Positions 1 through 12,206 of a DNA stretch of 38,221 nt are shown piece after piece. Under the pieces are notes generated by a model. That model worked only from the letters and a program-made list of their open reading frames with translations, was not told the origin of the DNA and made no database searches. Origin of the DNA: Utricularia gibba (taxonomy: Eukaryota; Plantae; Magnoliophyta). Location of the stretch: the NCBI GenBank assembly GCA_002189035.1, contig NEEC01000045.1, positions 1 to 38,221 on the forward strand, in the 5' to 3' direction. The translations under genes and the position numbers were made by a program. Within the stretch, counting starts at the first letter, position 1; every line of letters begins with the position of its first letter.

Positions 1-3000
1 AACATATGGTGTCAGAATTCATCTACTATGCGATCAAGTTGGAAAAAAGTCACATGCTACATCATGAATTTCGTGGCATCACTTATCCCAACACTGTTAT
101 ACACTCTGGATATGCGTAAATATTTATTTTTAATGAATCCCGTGCACGTGTGATTTTTAGGATGCACCCCGAATGATGATGCGCAATGAAATGACTACGT
201 CGCACATCCTGGTCCGCGAAGCACCTCTTGCATAACATGCAGATCCTTGCTCTTCATAGCACACTGTTGGGAAGCCCTTTTCGAGCTCCAAGTATTATAA
301 TTTGGAGTTACGTTTGTCCGATAACTGTGGACATATTAAAAAAGGGCCACAACGAAAGGTGTCTCACGTGGCATTCCGTGGTGACTGCATTTAATAATGT
401 GCTTCATGTTCTCGAAATTGATGCGAACAACATACAAGGCAAAAGAATCAAATAGCCACTAGAGACATGGTATACGGGAATGGTGCATCAAGAATCAGAA
501 GTATCATAGCAACTAAATGCATCAACATATGGGTGTCAGAATTCATCTACTATGCGATCAAGTTGGAAAAAAGTCACATGCTACATCATGAATTTCGTGG
601 CATCACTTATCCCAACACTGTTTAACACTCTGGATATGCGTAAATATTTATTTTTAATGAATCCCGTGCACGTGTGATTTTTAGGATGCACCCCGAATGA
701 TGATGCGCAATGAAATGACTACGTCGCACATCCTGGTCCGCGAAGCACCTCTTGCATAACATGCAGATCCTTGCTCTTCATAGCACACTGTTGGGAAGCC
801 CTTTTCGAGCTCCAAGTATTATAATTTGGAGTTACGTTTGTCCGATAACTGTGGACATATTAAAAACAAGCCACAACGAAAAGTGTCTTAGGTGGCCTTC
901 CTTGGTGGCTGCGTCTAATAATGTGCTTCATGTTCTCGACATTGATGCAAAAACATACACGGCAAAAGAATCAAATAGCCACTAGAGACATGGTATACGG
1001 GAATGGTGCATCAAGAATCAGAAGTATCATAGCAACTAAATGCATCAACATATGGTGTCAACTTCATCTACTATGCGATCAAGATGGAAAAAAGTCACAT
1101 GCTACATCATGAATTTTCGTGGCATCACTTATCCCAACACTGTTATACACTCTGGATATGCGTAAATATTTATTTTTAATGAATCCCGTGCACGTGATTT
1201 TTAGGATGCACCCGAATGATGATGCGCAATGAAATGACTACGTCGCACATCCTGGTCCGCGAAGCACCTCTTGCATAACATGCAGATCCTTGCTCTTCAT
1301 AGCACACTGTTGGGAAGCCCTTTTCGAGCTCCAAGTATTATAATTTGGAGTTACGTTTGTCCGATAACTGTGGACATATTAAAAAAGGGCCACAACGAAA
1401 GGTGTCTCACGTGGCATTCCGTGGTGACTGCATTTAATAATGTGCTTCATGTTCTCGAAATTGATGCGAACAACATACAAGGCAAAAGAATCAAATAGCC
1501 ACTAGAGACATGGTATACGGGAATGGTGCATCAAGAATCAGAAGTATCATAGCAACTAAATGCATCAACATATGGTGTCAGAATTCATCTACTATGCGAT
1601 CAAGTTGGAAAAAAGTCACATGCTACATCATGAATTTCGTGGCATCACTTATCCCAACACTGTTATACACTCTGGATATGCGTAAATATTTATTTTTAAT
1701 GAATCCCGTGCACGTGTGATTTTTAGGATGCACCCCGAATGATGATGCGCAATGAAATGACTACGTCGCACATCCTGGTCCGCGAAGCACCTCTTGCATA
1801 ACATGCAGATCCTTGCTCTTCATAGCACACTGTTGGGAAGCCCTTTTCGAGCTCCAAGTATTATAATTTGGAGTTACGTTTGTCCGATAACTGTGGACAT
1901 ATTAAAAAAGCCACAACGAAAAGGTGTCTTACGTGGCTTTCCGGTGGCTGCATTTAAGAATGTGCTTCTCGTTCTCGAAATTGATGAAACAACATACACG
2001 GCAAAAGAATCAAATAGCCACTAGAGACATGGTATGGGAATGGTGCATCAAGAATCAGAAGTATCATAGCAACTAAATGCATCAACATATGGTGTCAAAT
2101 TCATCTATATGCGATCAAGATGGAAAAAAAGTCACATGCTACATCATGAATTTCGTGGCATCACTTATCCCAACACTGTTATACACTCTGGATATGCGTA
2201 AATATTTATTTTTAATGAATCCGTGCACGTGTGATTTTTAGGATGCACCCCGAATGATGATGCGCAATGAAATGACTACGTCGCACATCCTGGTCCGCGA
2301 AGCACCTCTTGCATAACATGCAGATCCTTGCTCTTCATAGCACACTGTTGGGAAGCCCTTTTCGAGCTCCAAGTATTATAATTTGGAGTTACGTTTGTCC
2401 GATAACTGTGGACATATTAAAAACAAGCCACAACGAAAAGTGTCTCACGTGCATTCCTTGGTGCTGCGTTAATAATGTGCTTCATGTTCTCGAAATTGAT
2501 GCGAACAACATACAAGGCAAAAGAATCAAATAGCCACTAGAGACATGGTATACGGGAATGGTGCATCAAGAATCAGAAGTATCATAGCAACTAAATGCAT
2601 CAACATATGGTGTCAATTCATCTACTATGCGATCAAGTTGGAAAAAAGTCACATGCTACATCATGAATTTCGTGGCATCACTTATCCCAACACTGTTATA
2701 CACTCTGGATATGCGTAAATATTTATTTTTAATGAATCCCGTGCACGTGTGATTTTTAGGATGCACCCCGAATGATGATGCGCAATGAAATGACTACGTC
2801 GCACATCCTGGTCCGCGAAGCACCTCTTGCATAACATGCAGATCCTTGCTTCATAGCACACTGTTGGGAAGCCCTTTTCGAGCTCCAAGTATTATAATTT
2901 GGAGTTACGTTTGTCCGATAACTGTGGACATATTAAAAAAGGGCCACAACGAAAGTGTCTCACGTGGCTTTCCGTGGTGACTGCATTTAATAATGTGCTT

Positions 3001-6000
3001 CATGTTCTCGAATTGATGCAAACAACATACAAGGCAAAAGAATCAAATAGCCACTAGAGACATGGTATACGGGAATGGTGCATCAAGAATCAGAAGTATC
3101 ATAGCAACTAAATGCATCAACATATGGTGTCAGAATTCATCTACTATGCGATCAAGTTGGAAAAAAGTCACATGCTACATCATGAATTTCGTGGCATCAC
3201 TTATCCCAACACTGTTATACACTCTGGATATGCGTAAATATTTATTTTTAATGAATCCCGTGCACGTGTGATTTTTAGGATGCACCCCGAATGATGATGC
3301 GCAATGAAATGACTACGTCGCACATCCTGGTCCGCGAAGCACCTCTTGCATAACATGCAGATCCTTGCTCTTCATAGCACACTGTTGGGAAGCCCTTTTC
3401 GAGCTCCAAGTATTATAATTTGGAGTTACGTTTGTCCGATAACTGTGGACATATTAAAAAAGCCACAACGAAAGTGTCTCACGTGCTTTCCGTGGTGCTG
3501 CGTTTAATAATGTGCTTCTCGTTCTCGAAATTGATGCAAACAACATACAAGGCAAAAGAATCAAATAGCCACTAGAGACATGGTATACGGGAATGGTGCA
3601 TCAAGAATCAGAAGTATCATAGCAACTAAATGCATCAACATATGGTGTCAAATTCATCTATATGCGATCAAGATGGAAAAAAGTCACATGTTACATCATG
3701 AATTTCGTGGCATCACTTATCCCAACACTGTTTATACACTCTGGATATGCGTAAATATTTATTTTTAATGAATCCCGTGCACGTGTGATTTTTAGGATGC
3801 ACCCCGAATGATGATGCGCAATGAAATGACTACGTCGCACATCCTGGTCCGCGAAGCACCTCTTGCATAACATGCAGATCCTTGCTCTTCATAGCACACT
3901 GTTGGGAAGCCCTTTTCGAGCTCCAAGTATTATAATTTGGAGTTACGTTTGTCCGATAACTGTGGACATATTAAAAAAGGGCCACAACGAAAGGTGTCTC
4001 ACGTGCATTCGTGGTGACTGTTTAATAATGTGCTTCATGTTCTCGAATTGATGCGAACAACATACAAGGCAAAAGAATCAAATAGCCACTAGAGACATGG
4101 TATACGGGAATGGTGCATCAAGAATCAGAAGTATCATAGCAACTAAATGCATCAACATATGGTGTCAGAATTCATCTATATGCGATCAAGTTGGAAAAAA
4201 GTCACATGCTACATCATGAATTTCGTGGCATCACTTATCCCAACACTGTTATACACTCTGGATATGCGTAAATATTTATTTTTAATGAATCCCGTGCACG
4301 TGTGATTTTTAGGATGCACCCCGAATGATGATGCGCAATGAAATGACTACGTCGCACATCCTGGTCCGCGAAGCACCTCTTGCATAACATGCAGATCCTT
4401 GCTCTTCATAGCACACTGTTGGGAAGCCCTTTTCGAGCTCCAAGTATTATAATTTGGAGTTACGTTTGTCCGATAACTGTGGACATATTAAAAACAAGCC
4501 ACAACGAAAAGTGTCTAGGTGTCCTTTCTTGGTGGCTGCGTCTAAGAATGTGCTTCTCGTTCTCGACATTGATGCAAATGGGATACACGGCAAAAGAATC
4601 AAATAGCCACTAGAGACATGGTGTATGGGAATGGTGCATCAAGAATCAGAAGTATCATAGCAACTAATTGAATCAATCAACAGCCAAAACATATGGTGTC
4701 AAATTCATCGGATATGCGATCAAGATGGAAAAAAGTCACATGTTACATCATGAATTTCGTGGCATCACTTATCCCAACACTGTTGTATACTCTGGATATG
4801 CGTAAATATTTATTTTTAATGAATCCCGTGCACGTGTGATTTTCGGCTGCACCCCGAATGGTGATGCGCAATGAAATGACTACGTCGCACATCCTGGTCC
4901 GCGAAACACCTCTTGCATAACATGCAGATCCTTGCTCTTCATAGCACACTGTTGGGAAGCCCTTTTCGAGCTCCAAGTATTATAATTTGGAGTTACGTTT
5001 GTCCGATAACTGTGGACATATTAAAAAAGGGCCACAACGAAAGGTGTCTCACGTGGCATTCCGTGGTGACTGCATTTAATAATGTGCTTCATGTTCTCGA
5101 AATTGATGCGAACAACATACAAGGCAAAAGAATCAAATAGCCACTAGAGACATGGTATACGGGAATGGTGCATCAAGAATCAGAAGTATCATAGCAACTA
5201 AATGCATCAACATATGGTGTCAGAATTCATCTACTATGCGATCAAGTTGGAAAAAAGTCACATGCTACATCATGAATTTCGTGGCATCACTTATCCCAAC
5301 ACTGTTATACACTCTGGATATGCGTAAATATTTATTTTTAATGAATCCCGTGCACGTGTGATTTTTAGGATGCACCCCGAATGATGATGCGCAATGAAAT
5401 GACTACGTCGCACATCCTGGTCCGCGAAGCACCTCTTGCATAACATGCAGATCCTTGCTCTTCATAGCACACTGTTGGGAAGCCCTTTTCGAGCTCCAAG
5501 TATTATAATTTGGAGTTACGTTTGTCCGATAACTGTGGACATATTAAAAACAAGCCACAACGAAAAGTGTCTTAGGTGTTGGTGGCTGCGTCTAAGAATG
5601 TGCTTCTCGTTCTCGACATTGATGCAAATGGGATACACGGCAAAAGAATCAAATAGCCACTAGAGACATGGTGTATGGGAATGGTGCATCAAGAATCAGA
5701 AGTATCATAGCAACTAATTGAATCAATCAACAGCCAAAACATATGGTGTCAAACTTCATCGGATATGCGATCAAGATGGAAAAAAGTCACATGTTACATC
5801 ATGAATTTCGTGGCATCACTTATCCCAACACTGTTGTATACTCAGGATATGCGTAAATATTTATTTTTAAAAATCCGTGCACGTGTGATTTTTCGGATGC
5901 ATCCCGAATGATGATGCGCAATGAAATGACTACGTCGCACATCCTGGTCCGCGAAGCACCTCTTGCATAACATGCAGATCCTTGCTCTTCATAGCACACT

Positions 6001-6999
6001 GTTGGGAAGCCCTTTTCGAGCTCCAAGTATTATAATTTGGAGTTACGTTTGTCCGATAACTGTGGACATATTAAAAAAGCCACAACGAAAAGTGTCTTAG
6101 GTGTCCTTTCTTGGTGCTGCTGCGTTCTCGACATTGATGCAAATGGGATACACGGCAAAAGAATCAAATAGCCACTAGAGACATGGTGTAGGGAATGGTG
6201 CATCAAGAATCAGAAGTATCATAGCAACTAATTGAATCAATCAACAGCCAAAACATATGGTGTCAAACTTCATCGGATATGCGATCAAGATGGAAAAAAG
6301 TCACATGTTACATCATGAATTTCGTGGCATCACTTATCCCAACACTGTTATATACTCTGGATATGCGTAAATATTTATTTTTAATGAATCCGTGCACGTG
6401 TGATTTTTAGGATGCACCCGAATGATGATGCGCAATGAAATGACTACGTCGCACATCCTGGTCCGCGAAGCACCTCTTGCATAACATGCAGATCCTTGCT
6501 CTTCATAGCACACTGTTGGGAAGCCCTTTTCGAGCTCCAAGTATTATAATTTGGAGTTACGTTTGTCCGATAACTGTGGACATATTAAAAAAGGGCCACA
6601 ACGAAAGGTGTCTCACGTGGCATTCCGTGGTGACTGCATTTAATAATGTGCTTCATGTTCTCGAAATTGATGCGAACAACATACAAGGCAAAAGAATCAA
6701 ATAGCCACTAGAGACATGGTATACGGGAATGGTGCATCAAGAATCAGAAGTATCATAGCAACTAAATGCATCAACATATGGTGTCAGAATTCATCTACTA
6801 TGCGATCAAGTTGGAAAAAAGTCACATGCTACATCATGAATTTCGTGGCATCACTTATCCCAACACTGTTATACACTCTGGATATGCGTAAATATTTATT
6901 TTTAATGAATCCCGTGCACGTGTGATTTTTAGGATGCACCCCGAATGATGATGCGCAATGAAATGACTACGTCGCACATCCTGGTCCGCGAAGCACCTC
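1..6999. repeat. Mosaic A/B zone with broken alternation
   Basis: Units at 752, 1794, 2309, 2827 and 3346 mix A and B alleles. No unit before 4380 has the B 13-bp insert. Units 5436 and 5963 are consecutive B-like copies. Most spacings are shortened to ~514-527 bp. Confidence 0.85.
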
Positions 7000-9900
7000 T
7001 TGCATAACATGCAGATCCTTGCTCTTCATAGCACACTGTTGGGAAGCCCTTTTCGAGCTCCAAGTATTATAATTTGGAGTTACGTTTGTCCGATAACTGT
7101 GGACATATTAAAAACAAGCCACAACGAAAAGTGTCTTAGGTGTCCTTTCTTGGTGGCTGCGTCTAAGAATGTGCTTCTCGTTCTCGACATTGATGCAAAT
7201 GGGATACACGGCAAAAGAATCAAATAGCCACTAGAGACATGGTGTATGGGAATGGTGCATCAAGAATCAGAAGTATCATAGCAACTAATTGAATCAATCA
7301 ACAGCCAAAACATATGGTGTCAAACTTCATCGGATATGCGATCAAGATGGAAAAAAGTCACATGTTACATCATGAATTTCGTGGCATCACTTATCCCAAC
7401 ACTGTTGTATACTCAGGATATGCGTAAATATTTATTTTTAACAAATCCGGTGCACGTGTGATTTTTCGGCTGCATCCCGAATGTGATGCGCAATGAAATG
7501 ACTACGTCGCACATCCTGGTCCGCGAAACACCTCTTGCATAACATGCAGATCCTTGCTCTTCATAGCACACTGTTGGGAAGCCCTTTTCGAGCTCCAAGT
7601 ATTATAATTTGGAGTTACGTTTGTCCGATAACTGTGGACATATTAAAAAAGGGCCACAACGAAAGGTGTCTCACGTGGCATTCCGTGGTGACTGCATTTA
7701 ATAATGTGCTTCATGTTCTCGAAATTGATGCGAACAACATACAAGGCAAAAGAATCAAATAGCCACTAGAGACATGGTATACGGGAATGGTGCATCAAGA
7801 ATCAGAAGTATCATAGCAACTAAATGCATCAACATATGGTGTCAGAATTCATCTACTATGCGATCAAGTTGGAAAAAAGTCACATGCTACATCATGAATT
7901 TCGTGGCATCACTTATCCCAACACTGTTATACACTCTGGATATGCGTAAATATTTATTTTTAATGAATCCCGTGCACGTGTGATTTTTAGGATGCACCCC
8001 GAATGATGATGCGCAATGAAATGACTACGTCGCACATCCTGGTCCGCGAAGCACCTCTTGCATAACATGCAGATCCTTGCTCTTCATAGCACACTGTTGG
8101 GAAGCCCTTTTCGAGCTCCAAGTATTATAATTTGGAGTTACGTTTGTCCGATAACTGTGGACATATTAAAAACAAGCCACAACGAAAAGTGTCTTAGGTG
8201 TCCTTTCTTGGTGGCTGCGTCTAAGAATGTGCTTCTCGTTCTCGACATTGATGCAAATGGGATACACGGCAAAAGAATCAAATAGCCACTAGAGACATGG
8301 TGTATGGGAATGGCATCAAGAATCAGAAGTATCATAGCAACTAATTGAATCAATCAACAGCCAAAACATATGGTGTCAAACTTCATCGGATATGCGATCA
8401 AGATGGAAAAAAGTCACATGTTACATCATGAATTTCGTGGCATCACTTATCCCAACACTGTTGTATACTCGGATATGCGTAAATATTTATTTTTAACAAA
8501 TCCGTGCACGTGTGATTTTTAGGATGCACCCCGAATGGTGATGCGCAATGAAATGACTACGTCGCACATCCTGGTCCGCGAAACACCTCTTGCATAACAT
8601 GCAGATCCTTGCTCTTCATAGCACACTGTTGGGAAGCCCTTTTCGAGCTCCAAGTATTATAATTTGGAGTTACGTTTGTCCGATAACTGTGGACATATTA
8701 AAAAAGGGCCACAACGAAAGGTGTCTCACGTGGCATTCCGTGGTGACTGCATTTAATAATGTGCTTCATGTTCTCGAAATTGATGCGAACAACATACAAG
8801 GCAAAAGAATCAAATAGCCACTAGAGACATGGTATACGGGAATGGTGCATCAAGAATCAGAAGTATCATAGCAACTAAATGCATCAACATATGGTGTCAG
8901 AATTCATCTACTATGCGATCAAGTTGGAAAAAAGTCACATGCTACATCATGAATTTCGTGGCATCACTTATCCCAACACTGTTATACACTCTGGATATGC
9001 GTAAATATTTATTTTTAATGAATCCCGTGCACGTGTGATTTTTAGGATGCACCCCGAATGATGATGCGCAATGAAATGACTACGTCGCACATCCTGGTCC
9101 GCGAAGCACCTCTTGCATAACATGCAGATCCTTGCTCTTCATAGCACACTGTTGGGAAGCCCTTTTCGAGCTCCAAGTATTATAATTTGGAGTTACGTTT
9201 GTCCGATAACTGTGGACATATTAAAAACAAGCCACAACGAAAAGTGTCTTAGGTGTCCTTTCTTGGTGGCTGCGTCTAAGAATGTGCTTCTCGTTCTCGA
9301 CATTGATGCAAATGGGATACACGGCAAAAGAATCAAATAGCCACTAGAGACATGGTGTATGGGAATGGTGCATCAAGAATCAGAAGTATCATAGCAACTA
9401 ATTGAATCAATCAACAGCCAAAACATATGGTGTCAAACTTCATCGGATATGCGATCAAGATGGAAAAAAGTCACATGTTACATCATGAATTTCGTGGCAT
9501 CACTTATCCCAACACTGTTGTATACTCAGGATATGCGTAAATATTTATTTTTAACAAATCCGTGCACGTGTGATTTTTCTGCATCCCGAATGGTGATGCG
9601 CAATGAAATGACTACGTCGCACATCCTGGTCCGCGAATCTTGCATAACATGCAGATCCTTGCTCTTCATAGCACACTGTTGGGAAGCCCTTTTCGAGCTC
9701 CAAGTATTATAATTTGGAGTTACGTTTGTCCGATAACTGTGGACATATTAAAAAAGGGCCACAACGAAAGGTGTCTCACGTGGCATTCCGTGGTGACTGC
9801 ATTTAATAATGTGCTTCATGTTCTCGAAATTGATGCGAACAACATACAAGGCAAAAGAATCAAATAGCCACTAGAGACATGGTATACGGGAATGGTGCAT

Positions 9901-11792
9901 CAAGAATCAGAAGTATCATAGCAACTAAATGCATCAACATATGGTGTCAGAATTCATCTACTATGCGATCAAGTTGGAAAAAAGTCACATGCTACATCAT
10001 GAATTTCGTGGCATCACTTATCCCAACACTGTTATACACTCTGGATATGCGTAAATATTTATTTTTAATGAATCCCGTGCACGTGTGATTTTTAGGATGC
10101 ACCCCGAATGATGATGCGCAATGAAATGACTACGTCGCACATCCTGGTCCGCGAAGCACCTCTTGCATAACATGCAGATCCTTGCTCTTCATAGCACACT
10201 GTTGGGAAGCCCTTTTCGAGCTCCAAGTATTATAATTTGGAGTTACGTTTGTCCGATAACTGTGGACATATTAAAAACAAGCCACAACGAAAAGTGTCTT
10301 AGGTGTCCTTTCTTGGTGGCTGCGTCTAAGAATGTGCTTCTCGTTCTCGACATTGATGCAAATGGGATACACGGCAAAAGAATCAAATAGCCACTAGAGA
10401 CATGGTGTATGGGAATGGTGCATCAAGAATCAGAAGTATCATAGCAACTAATCAATCAACGGTGTCAAACTTCATCGGATATGCGATCAAGATGGAAAAA
10501 AGTCACATGTTACATCATGAATTTCGTGGCATCACTTATCCCAACACTGTTGTATACTCAGGATATGCGTAAATATTTATTTTTAACAAATCCGGTGCAC
10601 GTGTGATTTTTCGATCCCGAATGGTGATGCGCAATGAAATGACTACGTCGCACATCCTGGTCCGCGAAACACCTCTTGCATAACATGCAGATCCTTGCTC
10701 TTCATAGCACACTGTTGGGAAGCCCTTTTCGAGCTCCAAGTATTATAATTTGGAGTTACGTTTGTCCGATAACTGTGGACATATTAAAAAAGGGCCACAA
10801 CGAAAGGTGTCTCACGTGGCATTCCGTGGTGACTGCATTTAATAATGTGCTTCATGTTCTCGAAATTGATGCGAACAACATACAAGGCAAAAGAATCAAA
10901 TAGCCACTAGAGACATGGTATACGGGAATGGTGCATCAAGAATCAGAAGTATCATAGCAACTAAATGCATCAACATATGGTGTCAGAATTCATCTACTAT
11001 GCGATCAAGTTGGAAAAAAGTCACATGCTACATCATGAATTTCGTGGCATCACTTATCCCAACACTGTTATACACTCTGGATATGCGTAAATATTTATTT
11101 TTAATGAATCCCGTGCACGTGTGATTTTTAGGATGCACCCCGAATGATGATGCGCAATGAAATGACTACGTCGCACATCCTGGTCCGCGAAGCACCTCTT
11201 GCATAACATGCAGATCCTTGCTCTTCATAGCACACTGTTGGGAAGCCCTTTTCGAGCTCCAAGTATTATAATTTGGAGTTACGTTTGTCCGATAACTGTG
11301 GACATATTAAAAACAAGCCACAACGAAAAGTGTCTTAGGTGTCCTTTCTTGGTGGCTGCGTCTAAGAATGTGCTTCTCGTTCTCGACATTGATGCAAATG
11401 GGATACACGGCAAAAGAATCAAATAGCCACTAGAGACATGGTGTATGGGAATGGTGCATCAAGAATCAGAAGTATCATAGCAACTAATTGAATCAATCAA
11501 CAGCCAAAACATATGGTGTCAAACTTCATCGGATATGCGATCAAGATGGAAAAAAGTCACATGTTACATCATGAATTTCGTGGCATCACTTATCCCAACA
11601 CTGTTGTATACTCAGGATATGCGTAAATATTTATTTTTAACAAATCCGGTGCACGTGTGATTTTTCGGCTGCATCCCGAATGGTGATGCGCAATGAAATG
11701 ACTACGTCGCACATCCTGGTCCGCGAAACACCTCTTGCATAACATGCAGATCCTTGCTCTTCATAGCACACTGTTGGGAAGCCCTTTTCGAG

Positions 11793-11814
11793 CTCCAAGT
11801 ATTATAATTTGGAG
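11793..11814. other. Inverted repeat / hairpin 1 of the core (CTCCAA-10 nt AT-rich loop-TTGGAG), present in every monomer
   Basis: Perfect 6-bp stem CTCCAA/TTGGAG, extendable by G-T and A-T pairs (AG...TT), with loop GTATTATAAT. Hairpin formation itself is inferred. Confidence 0.6.
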
Positions 11815-11821
11815 TTACGTT

Positions 11822-11840
11822 TGTCCGATAACTGTGGACA
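11822..11840. other. Inverted repeat / hairpin 2 of the core (TGTCC-9 nt-GGACA), present in nearly every monomer
   Basis: Perfect 5-bp stem plus an inner G-T pair, lying just before the A-tract that marks the end of A/B identity. Confidence 0.5.
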
Positions 11841-12206
11841 TATTAAAAAAGGGCCACAACGAAAGGTGTCTCACGTGGCATTCCGTGGTGACTGCATTTA
11901 ATAATGTGCTTCATGTTCTCGAAATTGATGCGAACAACATACAAGGCAAAAGAATCAAATAGCCACTAGAGACATGGTATACGGGAATGGTGCATCAAGA
12001 ATCAGAAGTATCATAGCAACTAAATGCATCAACATATGGTGTCAGAATTCATCTACTATGCGATCAAGTTGGAAAAAAGTCACATGCTACATCATGAATT
12101 TCGTGGCATCACTTATCCCAACACTGTTATACACTCTGGATATGCGTAAATATTTATTTTTAATGAATCCCGTGCACGTGTGATTTTTAGGATGCACCCC
12201 GAATGA

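Noticed and set aside
11778-11788. Minus-strand AAAAGGGCTTC resembles the 5' end of U11 snRNA; plus-strand ATAATTTGG followed by a hairpin resembles an Sm site
   Set aside because: The two motifs are on opposite strands. No U11 body or Sm site follows on the minus strand, and no U1/U2/U4/U5 5' motifs or spliced-leader exon with GT donor precede the plus-strand motif.
11803-11808. Perfect TATAAT (-10 box) in the core
   Set aside because: There is no TTGACA-like -35 at 16-18 bp spacing and no extended -10 TG, and no gene lies downstream.
11822-11850. Hairpin 2 plus A-tract as an intrinsic terminator
   Set aside because: The polarity is wrong. The + strand has A rather than T after the stem, and on the minus strand the T-run precedes the stem.
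11778-11858. Pistol/twister-like words (AAGCCCT, AGGGCCAC, minus-strand TAACTCC)
   Set aside because: Order and spacing do not fit either fold, and AGGG is lost in B.
12079-12086. GTCACATG matches budding-yeast centromere CDEI (RTCACRTG)
   Set aside because: It is not followed by a >90% AT CDEII of ~80 bp or by a CDEIII TGTTTnTGnTTTCCGAAA motif. An 8-mer match is expected by chance.
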